A stretch of DNA of 63,601 nucleotides, the filler included, from Octopus bimaculoides (lineage: Eukaryota), in assembly GCF_001194135.2 (NCBI RefSeq). It is 3 parts of 3 records of this genome, joined end to end, with 100 filler letters (N's around TTAATTAATTAA, not from the genome) between each part and the next. Parts side by side here need not be neighbours in the genome. Positions count along the whole stretch, not along the records: positions 1 to 29,003 come from NC_068985.1; positions 29,104 to 46,268 come from NC_068982.1; 1 more part is not named here. One strand, 5' to 3'. Of the stretch, positions 26,418-38,060 are shown one piece after another; positions within the stretch are counted from its first letter, which is position 1; every line of letters starts with the position of its first letter. Under the pieces are notes generated by a model. That model was not told where the DNA came from. It saw nothing but the letters and a program-made list of their open reading frames with translations, and did not search any database. The position numbers and the translations under genes are program-made.

Positions 26418-26440
26418 GTGTATATGTTTGTGTGTCTGTT
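26286..26440 (+). mobile_element. SINE body plus internal microsatellite
   Basis: ggcaagtgtcttctactatagcctcgggccgaccaaagccttgtgagtgg. Confidence 0.85.
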
Positions 26441-26442
26441 TG

Positions 26443-26955
26443 ATAGGCTGAGATAACTACAGCTTTACTCCCTGAAACGTACGCGTGAGATATATGCAAT
26501 AATGTACATATGGAAAATCTTAAAAGGGCTAGAGTATCTAACTTTGGTATTGAGTGTTATACAAATGCTAGAGCTGGCCGCCGTTGTATTGTACCAAAGG
26601 TACCATTGACTCCATTTAAATTCAGGGCCAAGTATTGCAATAGTCTAGGGTTCAAAGACCCACAGCTCTTCAATGCCCTGCCACAAAAATTAAGAAATTG
26701 GCATAAGGTGGAAGTAGATGTCTTCAAAAAGTTACTAGACATCCTCCTCTCCACAATACCGGATGAACCAACTGCCCGACATGAGGTACAGATGAGGGCA
26801 GCGGAATCAAGCTCCATTATAAACCAAATGTACCAACAGCTGGAACAAAACCACATACAGGGGTGGTGATGTGAAACACCCAAACTGAGGAAGTTAGAAA
26901 GTCCGTGGTGGTGCTCCAGCATGACCATGGCCGCATGGCTGAAACGAGTAAAAAA

Positions 26956-26956
<1 letters not shown>
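26443..26956 (+). mobile_element. CR1/L2-group LINE 3' end with 3' UTR
   Basis: LQLYSLKRTREIYAIMYIWKILKG, then PQLFNALPQKLRN..VDVFKKLLDILLSTIPDEP; tail ccagcatg...ctgaaacgagtaaaa. Confidence 0.85.
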
Positions 26957-26992
<36 letters not shown>

Positions 26993-26998
<6 letters not shown>

Positions 26999-28187
26999 AG
27001 GATAATTTTGGTATACAATAAAACAGCTATATTTCAGCATAAATAAATATGTATTTGAATAAACATTTGTGCAATTAGCCGTAATAAAGATTTTTAAGCA
27101 AATTATTCTATAAAACCGCCTTCAGCTTCGATGACTGATTCAATGGTCCTTATTCATTTCGGACATCACTTGGACAATGACGGCCTTCAGTGAAGCTACG
27201 GTATTATGAGGATGCCGATTAGTCTCCCTTTCAACAGCGCTCCACACGTAGTAGTCTATGGAGTTCAAATCTGGCGAGTTTGGAGGCCACATATTAGATG
27301 TTATATAATTGTAAAGATTGTCTGAGAACCATTCTTGGGTGACTAGGGCTTTGTGAGAAGGTACTGAGTCTTGTTGAAACACGTATGACCTTCCATTGCA
27401 TACTTCATCTATCCAAGACTTGATAACAGTTTCCAGTACCTCAATATATCCAGCAACATTAAGTCTAAGACCCTGTGGAAAAAAGTGGGGAGGCATCACA
27501 TGACCTTCGCTATTCACCACTCCTAAAACCATCGCAGTTACTGGAAATTTCGTGTGCATCACTCTTGATACTCCAGAAGGATCTGCACATGACCATCTGT
27601 CATTTCTTCTTTTATACTTTCGATCCTGGTTATTTTTTTTTTTTCGTCAGAGAAAAGCCAAAGCATGCCTTATTCATGAGGATTTTTCACTTTGTTAAGT
27701 AACCGTTTTGAACGGATGAGACAGTTTGCCTGTGTCTTTGCAGACACGAATTGGGCTTTCCTCAGTACATAGGACTTTTATCGAATGTCACGATGTCCCA
27801 CAGTTCTGATAGTCCACTCTGACACCCGAAGTTCTTTAGCAACGGACATCACTGGGGTTTTCATTGATAATGTTTTGAACATGTAGTATAAATTCCGGTG
27901 TCCTGTTAGTTGTGAATGTTTTTTTTCTCTTTGATACAGGTGAAACATTACCAACACATGCCTCCAATTCAACCCAAACTTTGTGTACAAATGATCTTGC
28001 AACATTTAGAAAGTTGCTAATTTTTAAATCACAGTGATTTGCATGTATAGCAACTATGACTGCATGTCTTTTCTTCTTGAGGTAGCATGATATCTTGAAA
28101 GGGTTATCTGATAAAAGAAAATGATACATTATATAGTCTGAAGGTGTAATGAACTAAAAATGAAATGTCCTCAAATACCCCTCACAC

Positions 28188-28191
<4 letters not shown>
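26993..28191 (-). mobile_element. Tc1/mariner superfamily DD37D (maT-type) transposon, degenerate near-full-length
   Basis: FSDEK, VFQQDSVPSH, WPPNSPDLNSIDYYVW with 37 residues between the 2nd and 3rd D; tatttgagga TIR remnant at both ends, TA at 28192. Confidence 0.9.
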
Positions 28192-28234
<43 letters not shown>

Positions 28235-28239
28235 GGATA

Positions 28240-28460
28240 CATCTATGTGAGTCTTTGTGATTGTATTTGTCTTCTACCACCGTTTAATAACCAGTGTTAA
28301 TTTGTTGTCGTTCCCGCAACTTAGTGGCTCAGCAAAAAGTACCTGATAAAGTAATTACCAGGCTTTAAAAAATAAGTACTGGAGTCTATTTGTTTGTCTA
28401 AGAACCTCAAGGCAGGGCCCCAGTATGGCCGCAGTCCAATGACTGAAACAATTAGAAGGT
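28240..28460 (+). mobile_element. SINE 3' half
   Basis: aataagtactgg...gccccagtatggccgcagtccaatgactgaaac tail; matches the 51955-52145 reverse complement. Confidence 0.8.
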
Positions 28461-28926
28461 GAAAGAAAGCAGATGATAGTATTACGCAACTGTGAGGCTT
28501 TCGGTTGGTAATTCAAAATATTTTACCAAATATTTTTATTTGTGGCCAGAAAAAATATATCACTGACTATTCGTTCGGAACTTTCATATAACAGTAACTT
28601 TGAACTGAATTCTTTATACCTCTTAGATTTGTTTAGTCAGTTATGTAACTCCTTCCTGTCTACTTGCACTCATATATACACACATATACACATGTATCAA
28701 GAGAGATGCAAAATAGACTCGCTTACATATATCGCACACAAATAGACAAAGACACTATTGAAATATAAACACACACACACACACACACACACATATGTAT
28801 GTATGTATTCATATATCACAGATCTTTCTCTCAATCGTTCCTGATCTACCGACCTATCTATCTCTTCTCTACCACCCTCTTGCACTCTTTCTCACTTATA
28901 TATATACATTCTATATGCAATCCTCA

Positions 28927-29003
<77 letters not shown>

Positions 29004-29111
29004 NNNNNNNNNNNNNNNNNNNNNNNNNNNNNNNNNNNNNNNNNNNNTTAATTAATTAANNNNNNNNNNNNNNNNNNNNNNNNNNNNNNNNNNNNNNNNN
29101 NNNAAACATAA

Positions 29112-29149
<38 letters not shown>

Positions 29150-29371
29150 CAACAACAACGATAATATCCCAACTCAACATAAGGTCTCAGTAGTAATGAC
29201 AGTGGTTAGTTATATCAATCTGGAAGTCTATTTTAGCAAACTCTGAAGAAGGAAAAGCAGAGTTTTCCTCAATGAGATTTAAATTCAAAATATAAGAGGA
29301 TGTAACTTAATACCACAAAACATTTTCTTTGTTCCCCTAGGAAACCTGTCAAGACATCACACTTGACTCAC

Positions 29372-29426
<55 letters not shown>

Positions 29427-29604
29427 TTCTAAATAAGTGACAAGGTCAAAAATAGTAAGGAAGAGATATAGATTATGTATCCTCAGTGATAGGCAGTCTA
29501 CTTCATCAATCCTGGGAGAATGAAAACCAAATGGATGTAAAGGAGTATAACTGAATACTGAGAAGGCATTTCAACTGCTACAGCAGCAATTCTGTCACTG
29601 CTTT

Positions 29605-29817
29605 TTAGTCCACTCAGCTGGTAAAAATGAGTAGTACCTGTATTTCAAAGGGCCGGCCTAATCACATTCTGTATCCTGCTGAATCTCCCTGAGAAGTACG
29701 TTAAGGTTACACGTGTTTGCGGAGTGTTCAGCCACTTGCATGTTAATTTCACAAGCAGGCGGTTCCATTGATTGGATAAACTGGAACCCTTGTCATAGAA
29801 ACCCATGGAGTGCCAGT
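29605..29817 (+). mobile_element. SINE 3' part (13451 family) with CpG decay
   Basis: Same body as 13451/42974 but several CpG sites read TpG/CpA (e.g. cccttgtcatagaaacccatggagtg). Confidence 0.85.
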
Positions 29818-29849
29818 TATTGAATGAATGATAGTAATTGTTTCACAGT

Positions 29850-30075
29850 TTGGCACAAGGCCAGCAATTTCAGGGGTGGAGGGCAGTCAGTTGATTATAA
29901 TGATCCCAGTGCTTGACTGAGAATTTATTTCACTGAACTGCACCACCCACACCCATCCCAACCAACCCCATGAAGATGAAATGCAAAGTTGATCCTGGTG
30001 GGATTTGAACTTAGAATGTTAACAACCAGAAGAAAGCAATTTTTCTGATGCATTAACAATTCTGCCAGTTTGCCA
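29850..30075 (-). mobile_element. Deu/Nin-like SINE, decayed
   Basis: ggcacaaggccagcaattt...gaagatgaaatgcaaagttga...ggatttgaac. Confidence 0.75.
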
Positions 30076-30696
30076 TCTAATTGATTTAATGTAAAGAGAT
30101 TTTGTCACGTTGGTATAATTTGACAGTGTCAGCACAACAGGCTGTTTTATATGTTTACTGCTTTCAAATTGGTTTTAAATATAATACCTTTCAGCTTTCT
30201 TGCATCTTGTCTAATTAACTAATGACAATGTTGACTGATATCATCTACCCTGGTCACCGTATACAACCCCAAGGACGCCACCAAGTAAGCAACACCCATT
30301 CTCCTTACTCATCCTCATCAGTAAAACTGATACTTTCTCATATACATGCACATGTAAAGATGAAGGCAGCTAAATATAACTAAAAGATGAAAAATACTAT
30401 TACCAGAATTGTCTTGCATGTTATCAAAAATGAACATTTGTAAAGAAAATAAAAGCATCCTATTTTTTTTTTTTTTTAATGCATTGCAATCATAACGATT
30501 TAATGAAGGGAAGAGTAAACAATATATGGTAGCGGTTGGTTCCATGAAGAAAATTCTAAAGATAATTCCCGCATGCACATGCACTCACACACAGACACAT
30601 ACACACATGCACATGTACACAAAATACATCTAAGGATATAATTAGGAGAAAATTCCTGTTATCATATAATTGAGCAGTAATGATTTTTCTACTTAC

Positions 30697-30782
30697 CTTT
30701 TGCTGCCAGCATTGTCATCTCGGACAAAATCTTCACTGTGTTTATTGATTGAGTAGTTAGTGAGATGCATGTAGACATTATC
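30697..30782 (-). CDS. TTLL6: Tubulin polyglutamylase TTLL6/TTLL13-like exon, 86 nt (DNVYMHLTNYSINKHSEDFVRDDNAGSK-R)
   Basis: Acceptor tcttccatttccag, donor gtaagta; MHLTNYSINKHS...GSKR motif; follows the 144-nt exon in phase 0. Confidence 0.95.
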
Positions 30783-31019
30783 CTGGAAATGGAAGATGTT
30801 AAGAAAGAGAGTGTAAGCGGATTGTTTGGGAACATGGAGGAGAAAAGGATAATGAGAGAAATAGCCATGAGGTAAAGTTTGGACAGGATATAATTATGTA
30901 AAACAACAGATAAGAGGCAAAAATAAACCAACGATGGAAAGAGAGACAGACAGGGAAAAATAAAAGTAAACAGGGGAAATAAATGAGAATGAGAAGGAGA
31001 AAGAGAGAGAGAGACAGAT

Positions 31020-31054
<35 letters not shown>

Positions 31055-31071
31055 NNNNNNNNNNTATATAT

Positions 31072-31110
<39 letters not shown>

Positions 31111-32417
31111 CAGAATGAGAGTGAGATGAAATGGTGGGGAATGTAAGTTGGTATTATGTAATAAAGTATAAATGGAACAATAGTTACAAATAAGAAAAAG
31201 AAATAAAGCAATTTTATTTATGATTCCAATTAGACATTTCTATTTCATACTTAAAGTATAAAGTGGGTTGAAGATGGAATCAAAGCTTGTAAATATATGT
31301 GTGTGTAACATTCACATTTTGAGAAATTACGGTACCAAAAATTCCTCATGAGACTCTCCTCAAAGAGAATAAATGCAAACCTTTTGAACTGGTAAATTGA
31401 CTTCTTACAAAACTACTGAAATATAGTTGCATCCATTAGCAAAATCCTCATCAAACACCATTATGCCAATTTAAGGTTTTCTCTCTACCTTCAAACCTCT
31501 CTAATTTATCTGAAGGATTATTATTACAGGCCCTGTCTGTATTCTTAGTTACACAGATTTATCTCTTCTCTATATATCAAAGGCTGCACATTTTTTTTTC
31601 CTTCTTCCAATAATCTGCAAGTACCAACCTCTTTCTAAGCTAAATCCAAATTTCCAAATAGTCTTTGAAAGGTATGCTAGAATAAAGACTAATTTAACCT
31701 ATACCTTATTGGTTTTTATCTTTCTAGAAGAACAAAGATGTTCCATAAGAAATCCATGGCAAATTTCTCATTAAATCTCATTAAATTTACGAGATGTAAA
31801 ATTACTTAGCTGTGTAGGTAAGCCCTTATTTCTCTACTAAAGGCTGAACATACTCTTTTACAAATAGTTCAATTGCAATCAATTTGTTTTTATTTTATAT
31901 AATTTTAGATACTTCATATGAAACTACTAACAGAACGTACATTTAGAATGTGATTACTTCAAAATTCCTGTTCATTGCTGTTCTTGTTTTTTTAGCCCCA
32001 GGTCAACCCTGATTGAGCAGAACAATGATCAAAAGAATTCCAGCCATTATCATCCTGTCTTTTTTTTATGGTTATGAAATATTACATAACCTAATGTATT
32101 CTTTCTTTTCTTTAAGAAATCTGGGTGCAAAACGGATGTAGACAGAACATAACTAAATATCTGAAAGTATTTTTTCACCAAAACTCCTTCATATTACACC
32201 TTCTCATTTTAAGAAAAAAAAAGAAGAAGAAAAAAGAAGAAGAAAAAAAAGAAGATTGAATAAAGTAGTTCTTGACACAATGCTTGAACATAAGATGTGA
32301 TGATCATGACAGGATTACCTCTGATTATGGAACTGTTCATTCAGCTAAGAGGTGACTTGTGGACTAAACAACACACTTAGTCAGAATGGTGGTGGTGGTG
32401 GCAGCAGTGGTGCTGGT

Positions 32418-32449
32418 ATTATTATTATTATTTTTATTATTATTATTAC

Positions 32450-32491
<42 letters not shown>

Positions 32492-32504
32492 TATTATTAC
32501 TATT

Positions 32505-32535
<31 letters not shown>

Positions 32536-32539
32536 TTAC

Positions 32540-32607
<68 letters not shown>

Positions 32608-32610
32608 ATA
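32418..32610. repeat. Compound (ATT)n/(AGT)n microsatellite
   Basis: Directly visible; explains the poly-I and poly-L ORFs. Confidence 0.97.
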
Positions 32611-32654
32611 AGAGATAATTACGGAGTAAATACATAGCAGAAATTTCATGTTCT

Positions 32655-32815
32655 TTAACCCTTTTCCAACCATATTTCTTTTGAAATACACAGCCTTTGT
32701 TTCGTTCATTTTCCAAGTAATAAAAGATTAGTAAAACAGTTTTCTTTTTATTCAGATAGTGTTTGGAATATAAACTAACATGAAATATTGATGAACGGTT
32801 TTAATCTAAAACTAT
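32655..32815 (+). mobile_element. Left part of a TTAA-CCCT MITE-like repeat
   Basis: Starts ttaaccctt; right end not found. Confidence 0.45.
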
Positions 32816-32869
32816 GACTTGCATGCATAAGCAGATTCAAATGAAAACGTGCTAGTTGCTGTTGTATAT

Positions 32870-33532
32870 GTCACAGGAGAACAACTTTCAGCATGCTCTG
32901 GCATGCTTATGGCAACAAGGTAATGGGTCGTATACAATGTTTTGAGTGGCACAGGCACTTCAAAAATAGAAGAACACCTCTGGAAGACGATGAGCGATTT
33001 GGAAGACCTGCCATGAGTGTCACCCCCGGAAATGTGGAGACGATTCATCAGCTTATGCATGAAAATTGCTGGAGGGCAATCAATGACACTTTGAAGCATT
33101 TGAGGGAGGACATTCAGGGAAAGTGACTGGATCTGTGGAGTGCAAGGAATTGGATTCTTCACAACAACAACGCACCCTGTCACCAAGCTCTCCTCACTTG
33201 AGAGTTTCTCATCAAAAACAATATAGTATCACTTCCTGTATATTCACCATACTTAGTACCTGCAAACTTCCATCTCTTCCCCAAGATGCATATGCAGCTC
33301 AAAGGTCACCATTTTAACACCGTTGTTGAGATCAAGAGCAAATCACTGAAGGTCCTTGACTTGCTTATGAAAAATGACTTCCCAACCGGATTCCAAAAGT
33401 GGCAGGAATGTTGGGACCAGCGTATTGCTGCTCAAGGTGACCATTTCAAAAGAGATGATGCTAAAACTTAAGGTAAATGAGTTATTTTTAATTAAACATA
33501 ACTGGTCCAGGAACTTTTTGTTACCACCTCAT
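32870..33532 (+). mobile_element. Internally deleted mariner (DD34D-type) transposon
   Basis: CFEWHRHFKNRRTPLEDDERFGRP, WILHNNNAPCH, YSPYLVPANFHLFPKM, FQKWQECW; terminal gaactttttgttaccacctcata. Confidence 0.9.
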
Positions 33533-33545
33533 ATATATATATATA

Positions 33546-33586
<41 letters not shown>

Positions 33587-34076
33587 GATGAAAATATAAT
33601 TAAGAAGAACAGAGATTTATATCAAGTTTTATTCAGCAGTTAATTACTTCTTTTTATTTCTGCACTTGCATATGTTTCTGTAGCAATTAATGCACACTGC
33701 AAAATTTGCATCTTTATGTGCATTTATTGTTAATTGTTGCTTCTTTGGGGTGGAGTCAACTGCATTGTTCAGATAGAATCTAAATTAAATACAAGTCCAG
33801 CCGAAATCTATCATACATGTGGTGTTGTCATTGTTCTAAAAATAACCTAGATCCTGACCATTTCATCTCTGCTGGTTAAAAACAAAATGACTAGCTGTCC
33901 AATGCATTTTAGCAGTCTGCAGACATAAGCCATCCTTAAATGGTGAGTGGTAGTATTAAAGCTTAGTATCAGGTTTCTTTAAGTATGTTTGTTAGTAAAT
34001 AAAACTAACTGGAGTTTTTATACACTCACTGAGGTTAGCCAGCATTAATAACTGGTAAAAGCAACTACGGAACCCA

Positions 34077-34553
34077 CAATATTTTAATGAGGAAAAGCAA
34101 TAGAAAACTCCAGCTAAGTCACAAGTATTTACTCACAATCAACTTTTTATTTCCTGTTTTACAAGTGTTCAATGTGGCCATCACCTGCAGTGTGGGCAAC
34201 ATCAATGCAATAAGAGAATTCCTCCTAGATGCGTATCAGCATATCAAAAGCATGTTCATTATGGAACTAAAGAATAAATTTGATTTTGCTTGAGGCAATT
34301 CCAGAAGATATTGACATAGAAGGGAAATGGAAAAACTTTGATAATGCATTCAACCAGACAGCCAAAGAAGTACTCAGTGGATCGTGATATGCCGATACGT
34401 GTCTGGGAGGAATTCTCTTATCGCATTGATGTTGACCGTGCTGCTGCTGGTGGCCACATTAAACACTTGTAAGACAGGAAATAAAAGTTGATTGTGAGTA
34501 AATACTTGTGACTTAGCTGGAGTTTTCTATTGCTTTTCCTTATTAAAATATTG
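34077..34553. repeat. Fold-back: ~168-bp inverted repeats (34077-34245 / 34386-34553) around a 140-bp spacer
   Basis: Arms are near-exact reverse complements; the right arm encodes a Tc1/mariner C-terminus (VWEEFSYRIDV...GGHIKHL*) and continues to a gaataaccctgta terminus at ~34592. Confidence 0.9.
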
Positions 34554-35152
34554 CGTAATGAAATCGGTTCATTCTTTTTGAATAACCCTGTATATGTATA
34601 TTGTCATTTGCATGACCAACTATAGTTAATACCAACAATAGTCAGTGTACAGTGTAGAAACTGAACTACAATGTAAGGATTTGTTGGAATCAAGGTTCTA
34701 GTATGGATAATAAATAAAAAAAGAACTAGATTCTGGTCAAAGCAGGAATAATGATTACTGTTATCAAATACAGAGATTGATTCCAAAGTTGTAACAGAGA
34801 CCATTGAGAAATTTTGATTAGTTCTAGTAGATCTAAAGGAATGACCAAAATTAAAAGAATTACCAAGTCAGCTCTGGCCAAACAAACATGATCAAAGCAG
34901 CCAAGCTATGACCATCCTATGTTTGCAAATTCGCTTAGTGGTCATACTAGAAGAATGCAAGTTAAACTTCAACCAAACATGACAACTTCTGCTCCAGTAT
35001 ACTGTTGACTTTCACAAACTTTTACCAATCTGTCTTAAAAATAGTTGGATGTAGCAGATTACTCAATCCTACTTGACAAAAAAGATTTCATTTATTCTAC
35101 ATTGGAATTAAAATATGATGAAGTAAAAAGAATGAAGTACAATAGAACTTAC

Positions 35153-35296
35153 AATGTTACTGGTATTAGGTTCACAATATCTGCAGGTGGCAAACCGTGT
35201 GAGACCGTCTTTAAAGACAAATATCCGGAGAGGGTCACAGGATGTTAGAAGGACATATATGCGGAAATCAAACTTGAATCCGTCAATTAAAAATGG
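35153..35296 (-). CDS. TTLL6: Tubulin polyglutamylase TTLL6/TTLL13-like exon, 144 nt (PFLIDGFKFDFRIYVLLTSCDPLRIFVFKDGLTRFATCRYCEPNTSNI)
   Basis: Acceptor ttttctttttgtctttctttaaag, donor gtaagtt; canonical TTL-domain motif PFLIDGxKFDxRxYVLxTSxDPL...GLxRFAT. Confidence 0.95.
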
Positions 35297-35474
35297 CTTT
35301 AAAGAAAGACAAAAAGAAAAATGACTGCAATAACTATAAGAAAATACACCTTACTAAGTAGGTTATAACAGACTTCATAAAGAAGGCTATAGTATACTTT
35401 AAAAAAGAAAGTTATTATACACCATGTCACAAAATACTTCAAAATACACTTTGAAAAGATGGTGGTTTTATGTT

Positions 35475-35703
35475 TTAACCTTTTAGCATTTAAACTGACT
35501 ATATCCAGCCCATTATGTTCAACCTGTTTTATGTTCAAAATGGCCAGATCTGGTCTTGCACACATACCCTACAATGCCATTCTAAAAATAAACAATTACA
35601 TCATCAAAATCTCACAGCTACGATATAATGCATTATTAATTCAAATCAATGTGAATAAATATGCCTTACGTTTAACAGAATAATTTGAATGCTAAAGGGT
35701 TAA
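35475..35703. mobile_element. piggyBac-type MITE
   Basis: TTAA at 35475-78 and 35700-03; TIRs ccttttagcattt / aatgctaaaggg. Confidence 0.8.
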
Positions 35704-35931
35704 AAACAAGATTATAGTATTTTTTTAAAATGAAGGCTACAGCACACTTTAAATAGATTACAGTTCATTTTAGTAAAACTGAAGTACACTTGGAAATTAA
35801 GAATGGAAAAAGATTACATAACACTTTAAAAAGAAGGGTATAATACAATTTAAAATGGATGCAGCAGTGCCCTTTAAAAAGAAGGCTTAAAAAGAAAGCC
35901 ATAATAGTACAAGTAATATTTGTAGTCACTG

Positions 35932-36038
35932 TAACATAGCTGTCCATTTGAGTGGACTCTACTGCAATTTTTTAACCATAATGTTCTTTTGGGGTTAACA
36001 AATCGCAGTAGAGTCTACTCAAACAGATAGCCATGTTA
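35932..36038. repeat. Imperfect hairpin (~39-bp arms)
   Basis: taacatagctgtccatttgagtggactctactgcaattt versus aaatcgcagtagagtctactcaaacagatagccatgtta. Confidence 0.85.
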
Positions 36039-36197
36039 AAGTTGCTACGAATATGACTTGTCAGTACAACTACTGCGTTGATCTCTTAGAAAAATTTTAG
36101 AACGAGCAATTTTGCTTGTTGCATAATAGAACACTTTAAAAAGAAGCTTTTTATCAAGGCTATGAAGGTTAAAAATTGTTATATTACATTTGTAATG

Positions 36198-36437
36198 AAC
36201 ACTCAAGTGAAATTCCTCTCTCCCCTTTATTATAAATACATACTTTCAAATGCAGCAGGTAACAGCTAACCTTTGGCTGTTATTTGGACCCTGTTGTGTC
36301 CACTACTCTGATTAGTTGGTATTGGCGCAACAGAGTAAGAGACAAATTGTGCCAATACCAACCAATCAGAGTTACCTGCTGCATTTGAAAGCATATATTA
36401 TAATAAAGGGGAGAGAGAGGAATTTCACTCGAGTGTT
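36198..36437. repeat. Nested hairpin (~66-bp outer and ~25-bp inner arms)
   Basis: 36198-36263 pairs with 36371-36437; 36306-36330 pairs with 36347-36371. Confidence 0.9.
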
Positions 36438-36839
36438 GGCTGCACATTCTTACAGAAATGTTATAAAACACTTTAGAAAAACCTGTAGTACATCATAAAA
36501 AGAGGGTTATAGTACATTTTATAAAGAAGGTTAGAGAACACTTTGACAAAAACAGTGTGTAAGATTTTTAAAGAAATATTGTAGTTTGCTTTCTCATTAT
36601 TCTTTTTCTTTAAAAAACAGGAAAAATTAATGCAAACATTGTCATGTCATAAAGCATTTTGGCAAAAGAACTCTTTGTTGTCCTTAACATGAGTGAAATA
36701 CTCAATCATGTCTGTTATATCTTGGTGCAAATGTTTCTCCTTCAATATATTCTATTAACTTGGCTGCATATCAGGGTTTGGCGCATCTCAGCACTTTTAT
36801 TTTTCTGTGTATCAACAGCTTTATTGAAGTTATCTGTCA

Positions 36840-37310
36840 ATGCACACACACACACACGCATACACGTGCAGGCACACACACACACACACACACATTCACA
36901 CCCACACACATGTGAGCACACCCACACATGTGTGCACACCCACACAGGGATACACCTATGCACACAAAAACACATACAAGCACTCACACATACATACACA
37001 CACACACATGTATACAACCATACACCCACACATATGCAAACACATATGCAAACACATATGCATACACACATACAAGCACACATACACAACACAAACACAA
37101 GCATACAATCACGCAAACATACACACAAGCACACACTCATACAGAGGCATACACCCACACGAGTGCAAACACACATACAAATGCACACACATACATACGC
37201 ATACACCCTCACACACATGCAGACATACAAGCACACGCACACACATGCACACACATACACATACACACACAGAGGCACACATACACACACAAAAGCATAT
37301 GATGTTGATG
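36840..37310. repeat. Cryptic (CA)n-rich microsatellite; TG-rich counterpart at 38847-39470
   Basis: Directly visible; source of the HT/VC-repeat ORFs. Confidence 0.95.
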
Positions 37311-37839
37311 AGTTCTAAGGAAGCTGCCAATTAGTCACCCGCTTGATTAACCCCAGATCAACCATTATCGAACAAACCTACATTCAAAGCATTCCTGCCA
37401 TGGCCATCTCATCCTGAATTCAAGCTATGCAGAATCAAGACTACATTACACATTTGTCCTTTGCTTTTAATAAATAGCTTGGTATAATCTGAGGAAAATT
37501 TGGCTGTCATTTTTAGCTGGTGCAGTGACTTCATAGAGACTCCCAGGTGTCATTTCAGATAGCAATATTGGTCTTGTTACTACTGTTGTCATGACAATGA
37601 TGATGATGATAGAGGGAGTAAGGGAGGTGGTATGGCTGGGAAGAAGTAGCTAAACTGAGAGCAGGAGGATATTCATGTGGTTGATATTGATAGCAGCATC
37701 TGCAGTAATATTCAATGACATGCAATTATGATAGACATTAAAGTGTCAGTATTCATATAAATATAAATATTTATATAGATACAGCAAATAAATAAATAAA
37801 ATAGATGGTTGTGTGAATGGATGGATGAATAGTTGTATG

Positions 37840-37878
<39 letters not shown>

Positions 37879-38028
37879 ATGCATGTATGTGTGCGTGCAT
37901 GCGTGTGTGTGTAATTTTATACACACACACATATGCACGTAGACAGAGAGGCCGGAGAGAGAGTGATAGAGAGATAAATAGATAAATATACAGATAATCA
38001 GTTAGTTTCACACACACACACACAATAT

Positions 38029-38060
<32 letters not shown>

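Noticed and set aside
29048-29059. TTAATTAATTAA 12-mer between N runs (also at 46313-46324)
   Set aside because: Identical, gap-flanked, with stops in all six frames: most likely a scaffolding linker, not biology. Used only as a boundary marker.
30689-30931. 80-aa hydrophobic ORF resembling a signal peptide
   Set aside because: Wrong frame over the TTLL exon; the MHLTNYSINKH frame is the real one.
35045-35248. Plus-strand 67-aa ORF
   Set aside because: Antisense shadow of the TTLL exon.
36660-36830. Possible upstream TTLL exon (KP...DI..MI..Y resemblance)
   Set aside because: Stops in all frames and no splice sites; resemblance judged coincidental.
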